Origin: an uncultured Erythrobacter sp.
GTDB taxonomy: Bacteria; Pseudomonadota; Alphaproteobacteria; Sphingomonadales; Sphingomonadaceae
NCBI GenBank assembly: GCA_947493165.1
Contig: CANLPY010000001.1
Location: 1,970,566-2,034,565 of the forward strand
Length of the DNA: 64,000 bases
Reading direction: 5' to 3'
Part shown: piece after piece, positions 56,403 through 64,000 of the stretch
Position numbering within the stretch: the first letter of the stretch is position 1
Layout: every line of letters starts with the position of its first letter
The notes under the pieces: model-generated
Database searches by the model: none
The model's input: only the letters and a program-made list of their open reading frames with translations
What the model was told of the DNA's origin: nothing
Made by a program: the position numbers and the translations under genes

Positions 56403-57236
56403 ATGCAGCCGCGCGCATTCCCCTATTGGCATGTTGATGCCTTTGCAGACCAAGCCTTTGGCGGAAACCCAGCGGCTGTCATAGTGCTGGATGACTGGCT
56501 GGCTGATGATCACCTCGAGGCGATTGCGGCAGAGATAATGCTTCCGGCGACAGCATTCTTGGTCAAGCAGGTGGATGCAGATCCGCCGCGCTCTTTCTGG
56601 AATGTGCGCTGGTTCACCCCCGGTGCTGAATTGATGCTGTGCGGGCATGCCAGTTTGGCAGCTGGTCATGCCGTTATGCAGCATCACGAGGCGGATGCCG
56701 CGCACAGCAGCATCATTCTGCAATCGAGCAATTCGGGGCAGATTGAAATACGGCGTATCGGCAATGGTCAGGGCATGGGCAATTACGAAGTGCGCTTGCC
56801 CGCAATTGCGACAGAGCCGCGCGCTTTTCCCGAAGCCGAAGCCTTGCTTGGAGCGCAGCCGCTCGCCACCTATCGCAATGACGCGCGCTACAACATTATG
56901 CTGTTTGAGAGCGAACAGCAGATCTGTGCGCTTGCCCCTGACTTGGCTGGACTGGCCAAGCTTGGAAATCATCAGTTCGCCTGCACAGCTTTGGGGAGCG
57001 CCACTGATATTGTAAGCCGTGTCTTCGTGCCGGGCGCAGGGGTGGATGAGGACAGCGTCACCGGTTCGGCCCATGCCGCGCTGACACCGTTTTGGGCTGA
57101 GCGGTTGGGGCGAAAAAGCCTTTCTGCGCATCAGGCGTCCACACGCGGCGGGGACTTAACCTGCTGCTTAGAAGGCGATCACGTCTGGCTAGGCGGGCCT
57201 TGCACCACCGTGGCTGAAGGCGCTTTCTACCTTTAA
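56403..57236 (+). CDS. PhzF family epimerase/isomerase
   Basis: VDAFADQAFGGNPAAV, RWFTPGAELMLCGHASLA, SRVFVPGAGVDEDSVTGSAH, RGG. Confidence 0.92.
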   Translation: MQPRAFPYWHVDAFADQAFGGNPAAVIVLDDWLADDHLEAIAAEIMLPATAFLVKQVDADPPRSFWNVRWFTPGAELMLCGHASLAAGHAVMQHHEADAAHSSIILQSSNSGQIEIRRIGNGQGMGNYEVRLPAIATEPRAFPEAEALLGAQPLATYRNDARYNIMLFESEQQICALAPDLAGLAKLGNHQFACTALGSATDIVSRVFVPGAGVDEDSVTGSAHAALTPFWAERLGRKSLSAHQASTRGGDLTCCLEGDHVWLGGPCTTVAEGAFYL

Positions 57237-57276
57237 GCGATATTGGCTGCGCCGCTGATGGGGCGTGCAAATAAAA

Positions 57277-58437
57277 CTACCTCACCGGATAAAGCGCCAG
57301 CACATCAGCCGCTTGCTTTAGCATTGGTGGCCGTTCTTCAGAGTTCGAATGACCCAGTCGAACCAATGTCACTCGCTGTTCTGGCGACACTAGCACATAC
57401 TGCCCCATGTGGCCGATCATTGAGAACAGGCTCGCTGGGGCGCGATCTGGAAAGAGCGGGTGCGGACGGTCTCCAGCTGGTTCGTCCATCGGGCGATTTA
57501 GCCAGGTTTGCAGCCCATAATGCGGCGATGCGGGTGAGGGCTCAATCATCGCCTCAATATAGCGGCTGGGCACCAATTGTTCGCCGCTGGGCGCGCGCCC
57601 ATTGTTGCGCATGAATTCCCCGAACTTCGCCCAATCGCGGGCGCTGGCATGCATCAAGCTGCCACCGATCAGCGTGCCTGCTGCGTCAAATTCGAGCACC
57701 ATCGACTCCATGCCGAGCGGTTCAAACAGCCGCTCTTGCAGATATTCAGTAACGGCCATGCGACGCCTGTCGGGATCCTTGCTGCCGGTTAGCGCGCGGG
57801 TCGCAATATCCGCCAGAATGACAGTGGTGTTGGACGAATATTCGAACTTCTCGCCCGGTTCCGCTTCAAGCGGTTGCTCTTCTGCCCAGCGCGCCATGTT
57901 GTCGCGCCCATCCAAAAAGAGCATCCGCACTTCTGACGATTCGTAGGGCGGATCGCCGGCCTCTGTATGACGCAGCCCGCTGCGCATTTGCAGCAATTGC
58001 CGCAGCGTAATCTCAGACCGTGGATCGCCGCGCCGCTGCCAAAATGGCACAGGCGCGCCTTCATCCAAACGCAACCGGCCATCTGCAACCAGCATTCCCA
58101 CCATCACCGCCGTTACAGTCTTGGCCATCGACCAGCTTATATGGCGGGTGTCGGCATCATAGCCGTCACTATATCGTTCAGCGGCGAGCTCTCCATCGGC
58201 CATGACGACAACTGCGCGGGTTTCGCCCAGCCCTTCGGCAGTGAACAGATCGTCTATCTCGCGCGCCAATTGTTCGCGGGGGGCGCCAGCATTACCAGTC
58301 ACAGCGCTGAGTGCCTCCTCGCTAAGCGGTGGCGGATCAGCAGGCGGAGCCTCACCACAAGCAGAAAGGGTCAATAAGGGGGCTGACAGCGCAGCCTTGG
58401 CAAAGGTAGAGGAGGGGAAACGTGCAAACATTCGCAC
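57277..58437 (-). CDS. Serine hydrolase, beta-lactamase class C/NylB-like lipoprotein
   Basis: Lipobox LSAC, SWSMAK (SxxK), LLQMRSGL, FEYSS, ARDWAKFG, GHMGQ. Start GTG 58437 or ATG 58431. Confidence 0.9.
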   Translation of the reverse strand: MRMFARFPSSTFAKAALSAPLLTLSACGEAPPADPPPLSEEALSAVTGNAGAPREQLAREIDDLFTAEGLGETRAVVVMADGELAAERYSDGYDADTRHISWSMAKTVTAVMVGMLVADGRLRLDEGAPVPFWQRRGDPRSEITLRQLLQMRSGLRHTEAGDPPYESSEVRMLFLDGRDNMARWAEEQPLEAEPGEKFEYSSNTTVILADIATRALTGSKDPDRRRMAVTEYLQERLFEPLGMESMVLEFDAAGTLIGGSLMHASARDWAKFGEFMRNNGRAPSGEQLVPSRYIEAMIEPSPASPHYGLQTWLNRPMDEPAGDRPHPLFPDRAPASLFSMIGHMGQYVLVSPEQRVTLVRLGHSNSEERPPMLKQAADVLALYPVR

Positions 58438-58465
58438 TCAATTCCCCAAGGGCATCAGCTTGGCA

Positions 58466-58816
58466 ATGGCAAAATCAAACATCTCCCGCCGCTCTGACAA
58501 ATCGAGCATCTTTCTTTGGCTGCTGTTGCTGATTATCGCTGCCGTTGCGATTGCCGCTTATGTTTTTCGTGAGCCGATCCGCGGATATGCTGGAATAAGC
58601 ACAGCCTATTCGGCGCGCATTGCCTGTTCGTGCCGCTTTGTCGCTGGGCGCAGTCTGTCAGATTGTGAAAAAGATAAGCTGGCGGGAATGGAGCTGGTTA
58701 CTCTGGTTGACGATGTCGACGCCAAAAGTGTCACGGCGCGATTTCCGCTCGTCACTGATAGCACCGCGACATATCGTGAAGGGTATGGCTGTGTGATGGA
58801 AAAATGGGACGGCTGA
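58466..58816 (+). CDS. Small membrane-anchored Cys-containing hypothetical protein
   Basis: Basic N-terminus, TM helix, AYSARIACSCRFVAGRSLSDC, ATYREGYGC. Confidence 0.8.
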   Translation: MAKSNISRRSDKSSIFLWLLLLIIAAVAIAAYVFREPIRGYAGISTAYSARIACSCRFVAGRSLSDCEKDKLAGMELVTLVDDVDAKSVTARFPLVTDSTATYREGYGCVMEKWDG

Positions 58817-58831
58817 GCCAGCCCGCCGCTG

Positions 58832-59998
58832 CTATCCCGCAGCGCGCGTGCCATCAATCCAGCCGCCACCAACCACGCGCTCCCCGCAATAGATGACAGC
58901 CGCTTGTCCTGGCGCGACGCCAAATTCTGGCGAGGTAAAACGGATTGTAGATGGCTCGCCATCGCCCAGCGGTCCCCGCAGCTCAATCGGTACAGGCTTG
59001 GCGAGGCTGCGCACTTTTGCCGTGAGCGGCTCATCCGGCAGATCGCCAATGCAATTGGTCTCAATCAGCTGCGCCTCATCAACGGCGAGCATGATTTTGG
59101 GCCCGACGCGCACTTCGCGGCTGTCTGCGTCTAACCCCACGACATAAAGCGGCTCTGGCTGGCCGCCAATATCCAGCCCCTTGCGCTGGCCGACCGTGAA
59201 GTGAACGATACCTTTGTGCTGACCCAGCGTTTCGCCAGTCTGTGCATGAACGATATCGCCTGGCACGCCGCCTTCTGGGCGCAGCGACTTTACGATCTTG
59301 GCGTAATTGCCGTCCGGCACGAAACAGATGTCTTGGCTATCAGGCTTGGCCGCATTGCGCAGGCCCGCGGCTTCGGCCAGCTCACGCACCTGCGTTTTAG
59401 GCAGCCCGCCCAATGGAAAGCGGATGTAATTCAGCTGCTCCTGCGTCGTGGCATAGAGGAAGTATGACTGATCGCGCGACGCATCGACCGCGCGATAAAG
59501 ATGCGGGCCGCCTTGCGCCTCGACCCGGCGCACATAATGGCCGGTGGCGAGGCAATCCGCACCCAGTTCACGCGCCATGCGGAACAGATCGGTAAACTTT
59601 GGCCCCATATTACAGCGGATGCAGGGCACCGGTGTGCGCCCGGCCAGATATTCATCAGCGAACTGTTCAACCACATCTTCGCGAAATGCGCTTTCATGGT
59701 CGAAGACATAATGGGCAATGCCTAGCCGGTCGCAAACGGCGCGCGCGTCTTGAATGTCATCGCCTGCACAGCACGCACCCTTGCGCCCTGTTGCGGCGCC
59801 ATAATCGTAGAGCTGCAATGTAATGCCGATCACTTCTGCGCCAGTCGCAGCAGCCAGTGCGGCTACAACAGACGAATCGACCCCGCCTGACATTGCGACC
59901 ACGATGCGGGATTCGCTCGCCGGCTTGGCAAGATCAAACAATGCGGCAGCATCAAGCCCGAAATCAGGTTGGCTTTCAAGGATAGGTGTGGTGGCCAT
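58832..59998 (-). CDS. mnmA: tRNA 2-thiouridine(34) synthase MnmA
   Basis: [55 protein letters not shown]. Confidence 0.97.
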   Translation of the reverse strand: MATTPILESQPDFGLDAAALFDLAKPASESRIVVAMSGGVDSSVVAALAAATGAEVIGITLQLYDYGAATGRKGACCAGDDIQDARAVCDRLGIAHYVFDHESAFREDVVEQFADEYLAGRTPVPCIRCNMGPKFTDLFRMARELGADCLATGHYVRRVEAQGGPHLYRAVDASRDQSYFLYATTQEQLNYIRFPLGGLPKTQVRELAEAAGLRNAAKPDSQDICFVPDGNYAKIVKSLRPEGGVPGDIVHAQTGETLGQHKGIVHFTVGQRKGLDIGGQPEPLYVVGLDADSREVRVGPKIMLAVDEAQLIETNCIGDLPDEPLTAKVRSLAKPVPIELRGPLGDGEPSTIRFTSPEFGVAPGQAAVIYCGERVVGGGWIDGTRAAG

Positions 59999-60115
59999 GA
60001 GAATGCGGGCACATACACAGGCTCGCCCCGGCTTTCCAGTGTTTTGCGGCGAAGGAGCCTGAGCGAGGACCGCCTGATCCTTGCTCGTTTCATGCTCATT
60101 TCGCGGTCATTATTC

Positions 60116-60142
60116 CTAAGGCGAGGTAAACACGAGTTTTAC
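60116..60142. promoter_or_regulatory. Candidate tandem CtrA half-site array
   Basis: CTAA-N7-TAAA-N7-TTTAC, three single-mismatch TTAA half-sites at 11-bp period, upstream of the ORF-sciP unit. Confidence 0.35.
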
Positions 60143-60176
60143 TTGATATTGACGAGCTCGCTTTAGAGACGAGCGA

Positions 60177-60572
60177 ATGTTCGAAGATGTTTCATCCTTT
60201 CAAAACGCGCTTAAGGCCGAAACTGCACTGAGTCGTGCAGAGATTGTGCAAGCGGGTGATGTGCTGGGCGACGCCACTGGTGGCGCTCTTGGGCGCGCTG
60301 GCGATGCCTTGCGTGCAATAGGGTGGAATGAGCTTTCAGCACGGATCAATGCCGCGCGAGATTTGCGGCAGGAAATGCGCCGCGATGCAGCGCAAGGATC
60401 CATGAATGTGGCCAGCTTTGGCGATGCTGCCGCGAGTTATTTCGCAGCAATTGAAGAAGGCGAACGGCCCGTTAACCCTATTACTTTAGAGGGACGCAAA
60501 GCCTCAGCGGTATTGACTGTTTCAGACGAGACCGACGCGGCAAGAGGCGATCGAGAGACTACAGATGATTGA
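60177..60572 (+). CDS. Hypothetical protein overlapping the sciP start
   Basis: 131-codon ATG ORF with Ala-rich helical character; its stop overlaps the sciP start by 8 nt. Confidence 0.5.
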   Translation: MFEDVSSFQNALKAETALSRAEIVQAGDVLGDATGGALGRAGDALRAIGWNELSARINAARDLRQEMRRDAAQGSMNVASFGDAAASYFAAIEEGERPVNPITLEGRKASAVLTVSDETDAARGDRETTDD

Positions 60573-60864
60573 AAATCAGGACATCCGACCTGCACAGGTA
60601 ATCGGCCCACTCGGAGAGCCGCTGACGATTGACGACTTGCCTTCGCCTAAGACGAAGCGCTGGGTTGTGCGCCGGAAAGCCGAGGTTGTGGCCGCTGTGA
60701 ACGGCGGGCTCCTGACTATCGACGAAGTTCTCGAACGCTATGGCCTCACGCTCGAAGAGTTTGCCTCATGGCAGCGCGCGGTTGACCGTTCAGGCATGCA
60801 AGGCCTGCGCGTGACACGCATTCAGCACTATCGCGATCTCTACGAACGCCAGCTGAAGTACTGA
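60565..60864 (+). CDS. sciP: CtrA inhibitor SciP (DUF1153)
   Basis: VIGPLGEPLTIDDLP..TKRWVVRRKAEVVAAVNGGLLT..RYGLTLEEFASWQRAVDRSGMQGLRVTRIQHYR. Confidence 0.95.
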   Translation: MIENQDIRPAQVIGPLGEPLTIDDLPSPKTKRWVVRRKAEVVAAVNGGLLTIDEVLERYGLTLEEFASWQRAVDRSGMQGLRVTRIQHYRDLYERQLKY

Positions 60865-61039
60865 TCCCGCACAATTGACCAATTGCGGCTGGCCCTCAAG
60901 CGAGGCTCAGCCCATTTGGCGTTTGCGGCACAAAACCGCTAGACCATCCCCCATTACGGCTTAGAGAGCCGGGAACGGAGCCTCGCTTTCTTCGTTGAAG
61001 CGGCATAACCGTTTGAAAAGATAAAAGGAGGAATATGTT

Positions 61040-61306
61040 ATGGGTTGGATTATTGCGCTTATCGTAGGCGGTGTTGCTGGATGGCTCGCAAGTCTCGTGA
61101 TGAACCGTGATGCCTCGATGGGCATTTTTTGGAACATCGTGGTCGGCTGTATCGGCTCAATTGTCGGTAATATGATTGCTGGCCCGCTGCTCGGAATTAG
61201 TGGCAGTGTTCAAGAATTTTCGCTTGTTGGCCTAGGTGTTGCTGTTGTGGGCGCTGTCGTGCTGCTCGGCATCGTCAACTTGGTACAGCGTGGACGCGTT
61301 CGCTAA
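61040..61306 (+). CDS. GlsB/YeaQ/YmgE family stress-response membrane protein
   Basis: MGWIIALIVGGVAGWLAS..MGIFWNIVVGCIGS..GAVVLL; SD AGGAGG. Confidence 0.92.
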   Translation: MGWIIALIVGGVAGWLASLVMNRDASMGIFWNIVVGCIGSIVGNMIAGPLLGISGSVQEFSLVGLGVAVVGAVVLLGIVNLVQRGRVR

Positions 61307-61328
61307 TCGCTGACTATAGAGTTTAAAG

Positions 61329-61364
61329 AAAGGCGGGGCTGCATTGCGCGGCTCCGCCTTTTTT
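61329..61364 (+). terminator. Intrinsic terminator
   Basis: AAAGGCGGGGCTGC-ATTGC-GCGGCTCCGCCTTT followed by a T run. Confidence 0.8.
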
Positions 61365-61532
61365 ATATGCTTTTTCTTGGGCAAGCAGAAACTTATCGCT
61401 AATGCCGCTCGTCTAAGCTCAAAGTCATCAGTCGAACCGCGCATTGCTCGATTGGCCCCTTGAGCGTATGTGTATTGCGTTAGGTGAGTTATGGGTATAA
61501 CACACTAACGTTTCCACGCCTGAGGTACGGCA

Positions 61533-62723
61533 ATGAATTATGAAACATCGATAACCGCAGAAGCGGCAGACAATATACAGACGGAGGCGTCCGGTATTAC
61601 CGCTGATAAGCCTCTGATCTCGCGCGGTGTTTTGATTGCTGGTATTGTCGTAATCGGCCTGCTTCTGGCGCTTGCGGCCTATGCCGTGTTTTCTGCTGAC
61701 GATGGGGCGGCAGCTGCCGATGATAATTCGCAGGCGCCAGTCGTTACCGTGGTGGCGCCCGGCCAAACTACCGTTGAAGGCCTGATCAGCGCGCCCGGTA
61801 CCATTGCTGCGCGGCGCGAATTGCCTGTTGGCGTGGTTGGCGAAGGTGGCCGCGTTGTCTCGGTTCCGGTGGATGCCGGCGACTGGGTCAGGCAGGGCCA
61901 GGTCCTCGCCGTAATCGACCGCTCGGTTCAGGCACAGCAAGCACAGGCTCAGGCGGCGCAGATCTCTGTCGCGCAGGCCGATGCGAATCTGGCGCAGGCC
62001 AATCTTGACCGCGCCCTCCAACTGGTTGAGCGCGGCTTTATCTCCAAAGCTGATGTTGATCGTCTTACCTCAACGCGCGATGCGGCAAATGCCCGTGTTC
62101 GGGTCGCTCAGGCACAGCTTGGTGAATTGCGCGCCCGCAATGCCCGCCTCAATATCGTGGCTCCAGCGGCAGGTTTGGTACTTGCCCGCAATGTTGAGCC
62201 GGGTCAGACCGTTTCCGGCGGAACGCCTGCTCTATTCAGCATTGCTCGCGGCGGTGAAATGGAAATGCTCGCTCAAGTCAGCGAAGCGCAGCTCGCGAGT
62301 CTTGGGCAAGGTATCCAAGCCAGCGTAGTGCCCACCGGTTCGGAAAAGAGCCTCACGGGCCAAGTCTGGCAGATTTCGCCCACAGTCGACGCCCAGAACC
62401 GTCAAGGCACGGCGCGTATTGCGCTGCCTTACGCTCAGGAACTGCGCCCCGGCGGCTTTGCTACAGCAGAGATCAAGAGCGGCACGGTGGTGGCCACTGT
62501 TCTTCCTGAAAGCGCGGTTTTGGCCGATCGCCAAGGCAGCTATGTCTATGTCGTCGGCGATGAAAAGAAGGCAGAGCGCAGGCGCGTAAAAACCGGCATG
62601 GTGACGGATAGCGGGATCGTGATCACAGAGGGTCTTTCCGGCAATGAGCAAATTGTGCTGCGTGCGGGCGGGTTCCTGACCGAAGGCGAAGTCATCGCGC
62701 CTAAACTGCTTGAAGAAAGCTAA
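61533..62723 (+). CDS. RND efflux periplasmic adaptor (MFP)
   Basis: TM anchor, VPVDAGDWVRQGQVLAVID lipoyl half, alpha-hairpin, IVAPAAGLV, ISPTVD, LRPGGF, VLPESAV. Confidence 0.93.
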   Translation: MNYETSITAEAADNIQTEASGITADKPLISRGVLIAGIVVIGLLLALAAYAVFSADDGAAAADDNSQAPVVTVVAPGQTTVEGLISAPGTIAARRELPVGVVGEGGRVVSVPVDAGDWVRQGQVLAVIDRSVQAQQAQAQAAQISVAQADANLAQANLDRALQLVERGFISKADVDRLTSTRDAANARVRVAQAQLGELRARNARLNIVAPAAGLVLARNVEPGQTVSGGTPALFSIARGGEMEMLAQVSEAQLASLGQGIQASVVPTGSEKSLTGQVWQISPTVDAQNRQGTARIALPYAQELRPGGFATAEIKSGTVVATVLPESAVLADRQGSYVYVVGDEKKAERRRVKTGMVTDSGIVITEGLSGNEQIVLRAGGFLTEGEVIAPKLLEES

Positions 62724-62728
62724 GCGCT

Positions 62729-64000
62729 ATGGGTTTCCGCAACATCTCTGCATGGTCGATCCGTAATCCAGTGATTCCATTGGTTGCGTTTGCCGCGATG
62801 TTCCTCGCCGGATTGCTCAGCTTCAACCAGATGGATGTGGTCAACAACCCGGATATTGAATTTCCGGGCGTCAATATCACAGTCTCCCAGCCTGGCGCTG
62901 CTCCGACTGAAATTGAAAACCAGATCACGCAAAACATCGAATCGGCGGTCCGCTCGCTGAACGGTGTGCGCAACATCTCGTCCACCGCCAGCGAAGGCAA
63001 CTCAAACACCTTTGTTGAGTTTGAGCTGGGCATTGATCCCAATGTCGCGGTTGCTGAGGTTAAGAACGCTGTCGATAGCACGCGCGGGAGCCTGCCCGAT
63101 GGCATCCTTGAGCCGCGGGTAAGCAAAGTAGATATCGCGGGCGGCTTCCTCGGCATTTATGCGATTGAAGCCAACGACATGACGATTGAACAGCTTAGCT
63201 GGTTCATCGATGATACCGTGTCAAAACGGCTGCTTTCGATTGAGGGTATGGCAGAGGCAGGCCGGTGGGGCGGTGTGAACCGCGAGATCGAAGTCATTCT
63301 TGATCCTCAGCGCCTGCAGTCGCTTGGCGTTACCGCAGCCCAAATCAACCAAGCCTTGCGGGTGGACAACATTGATGCCGCTGGCGGCATGGCGGAAATT
63401 GGCGGCGCACGGCAATCTGTGCGGGTGCTAGGCAACACTGAAACGGCCTTTGAACTGTCTCAGCGGCAAATTCGGTTGAACAATGGCAATTCGATCAAGC
63501 TTGCCGATGTGGCCCGTGTGCGTGACGGTTTTTCTGAGCGCACGTCGATCAGCAAGGTGCGCGATAAGGAAGTCGTGAACTTCTTCATGTCGCGGGCTAA
63601 AGGCGCCTCGGACGTAACCGTTTACGAAGAAGCGCTGACAGTTATCGACGAAATTGAGGCAGCAAATCCCGGCGTTAAATTCATCCCGCTGTTCAACACC
63701 GTCAAATACACCAAGGACCAATATACCAGCTCTATTTCGGCTATGGTCGAAGGGGCCGTGCTTGCGGTTGTGGTGGTGTTCTTCTTCCTTCGGGATTGGC
63801 GTGCGACTTTGATTTCGTCGGTTGCCATACCGCTCTCCGCAATCCCAACCTTCTGGTTCATGGATCTGATCGGGTTCAACCTGAACCAGATGTCGCTGCT
63901 CGCGCTGGGCCTTGTCGCCGGGGTTTTGGTTGATGATGCGATTGTTGAGATTGAAAACATCGTCAGACACATGCGAATGGGCAAATCCGCTTATGAAGCG
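62729..64000 (+). CDS. RND efflux permease (AcrB/AcrD/AcrF family), 3'-truncated by the window edge
   Basis: Translated by hand from ATG 62729: MGFRNISAWSIRNP, PGAAPTEIENQIT, FLRDWRATLISSVAIPLS, GVLVDDAIVEIENIVRH. Confidence 0.93.
   Translation, partial: MGFRNISAWSIRNPVIPLVAFAAMFLAGLLSFNQMDVVNNPDIEFPGVNITVSQPGAAPTEIENQITQNIESAVRSLNGVRNISSTASEGNSNTFVEFELGIDPNVAVAEVKNAVDSTRGSLPDGILEPRVSKVDIAGGFLGIYAIEANDMTIEQLSWFIDDTVSKRLLSIEGMAEAGRWGGVNREIEVILDPQRLQSLGVTAAQINQALRVDNIDAAGGMAEIGGARQSVRVLGNTETAFELSQRQIRLNNGNSIKLADVARVRDGFSERTSISKVRDKEVVNFFMSRAKGASDVTVYEEALTVIDEIEAANPGVKFIPLFNTVKYTKDQYTSSISAMVEGAVLAVVVVFFFLRDWRATLISSVAIPLSAIPTFWFMDLIGFNLNQMSLLALGLVAGVLVDDAIVEIENIVRHMRMGKSAYEA

Noticed and set aside
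1-64000. Mobile elements, prophage, tRNA/rRNA genes, CRISPR arrays or defence systems
   Set aside because: No transposase, integrase, phage, cas or structural-RNA signature was recognised by eye; tRNAscan, Infernal and DefenseFinder runs would be needed to exclude them formally.

Overview
Chromosomal window from an alphaproteobacterium, very probably Sphingomonadales/Erythrobacteraceae. This is inferred from gene content and order (helicase-S4-fdxA-carD, trcR/DUF1013, mnmA-sciP, 140-aa RlmH). About two thirds is housekeeping: carD, fdxA, a SUV3-like helicase, hemB, an ATP-dependent DNA ligase plus exonuclease, clpA, a bactofilin-M23 pair, proA-nadD-rsfS-rlmH-envC-ctpA-dsbB-coq7, fabI, pdxH, mnmA, sciP and an RND efflux pair. 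The accessory part is a ~24 kb surface-polysaccharide region (28.5-52.2 kb). Its core resembles the emulsan wee-type layout: wecB, wecC, bi-domain oxidoreductase, heparinase II/III-like protein, WbuB-like GT4, PglC-, PglE- and PglF-like genes. It differs in carrying a PAPS-type sulfotransferase in a lower-GC wzx/wzy cassette, lacking a PglD-type N-acetyltransferase, having only one elongating glycosyltransferase, and adding a separate WaaL-like ligase. This is the best candidate for an undescribed system: a possibly sulfated, zwitterionic aminouronate polymer (inference only). Other oddities: an apparent non-AUG start of rlmH behind a structured spacer; a terminator-like hairpin in the trcR leader; a perfect 31-bp inverted repeat whose arms are G-quadruplex motifs; an in-frame relic copy of a gene 3' end; an apparently split serine hydrolase; and an unknown ORF overlapping sciP. 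I recognised no rRNA, tRNA, CRISPR array, transposase or integrase. All family calls come from motif recognition by eye, without database searches.
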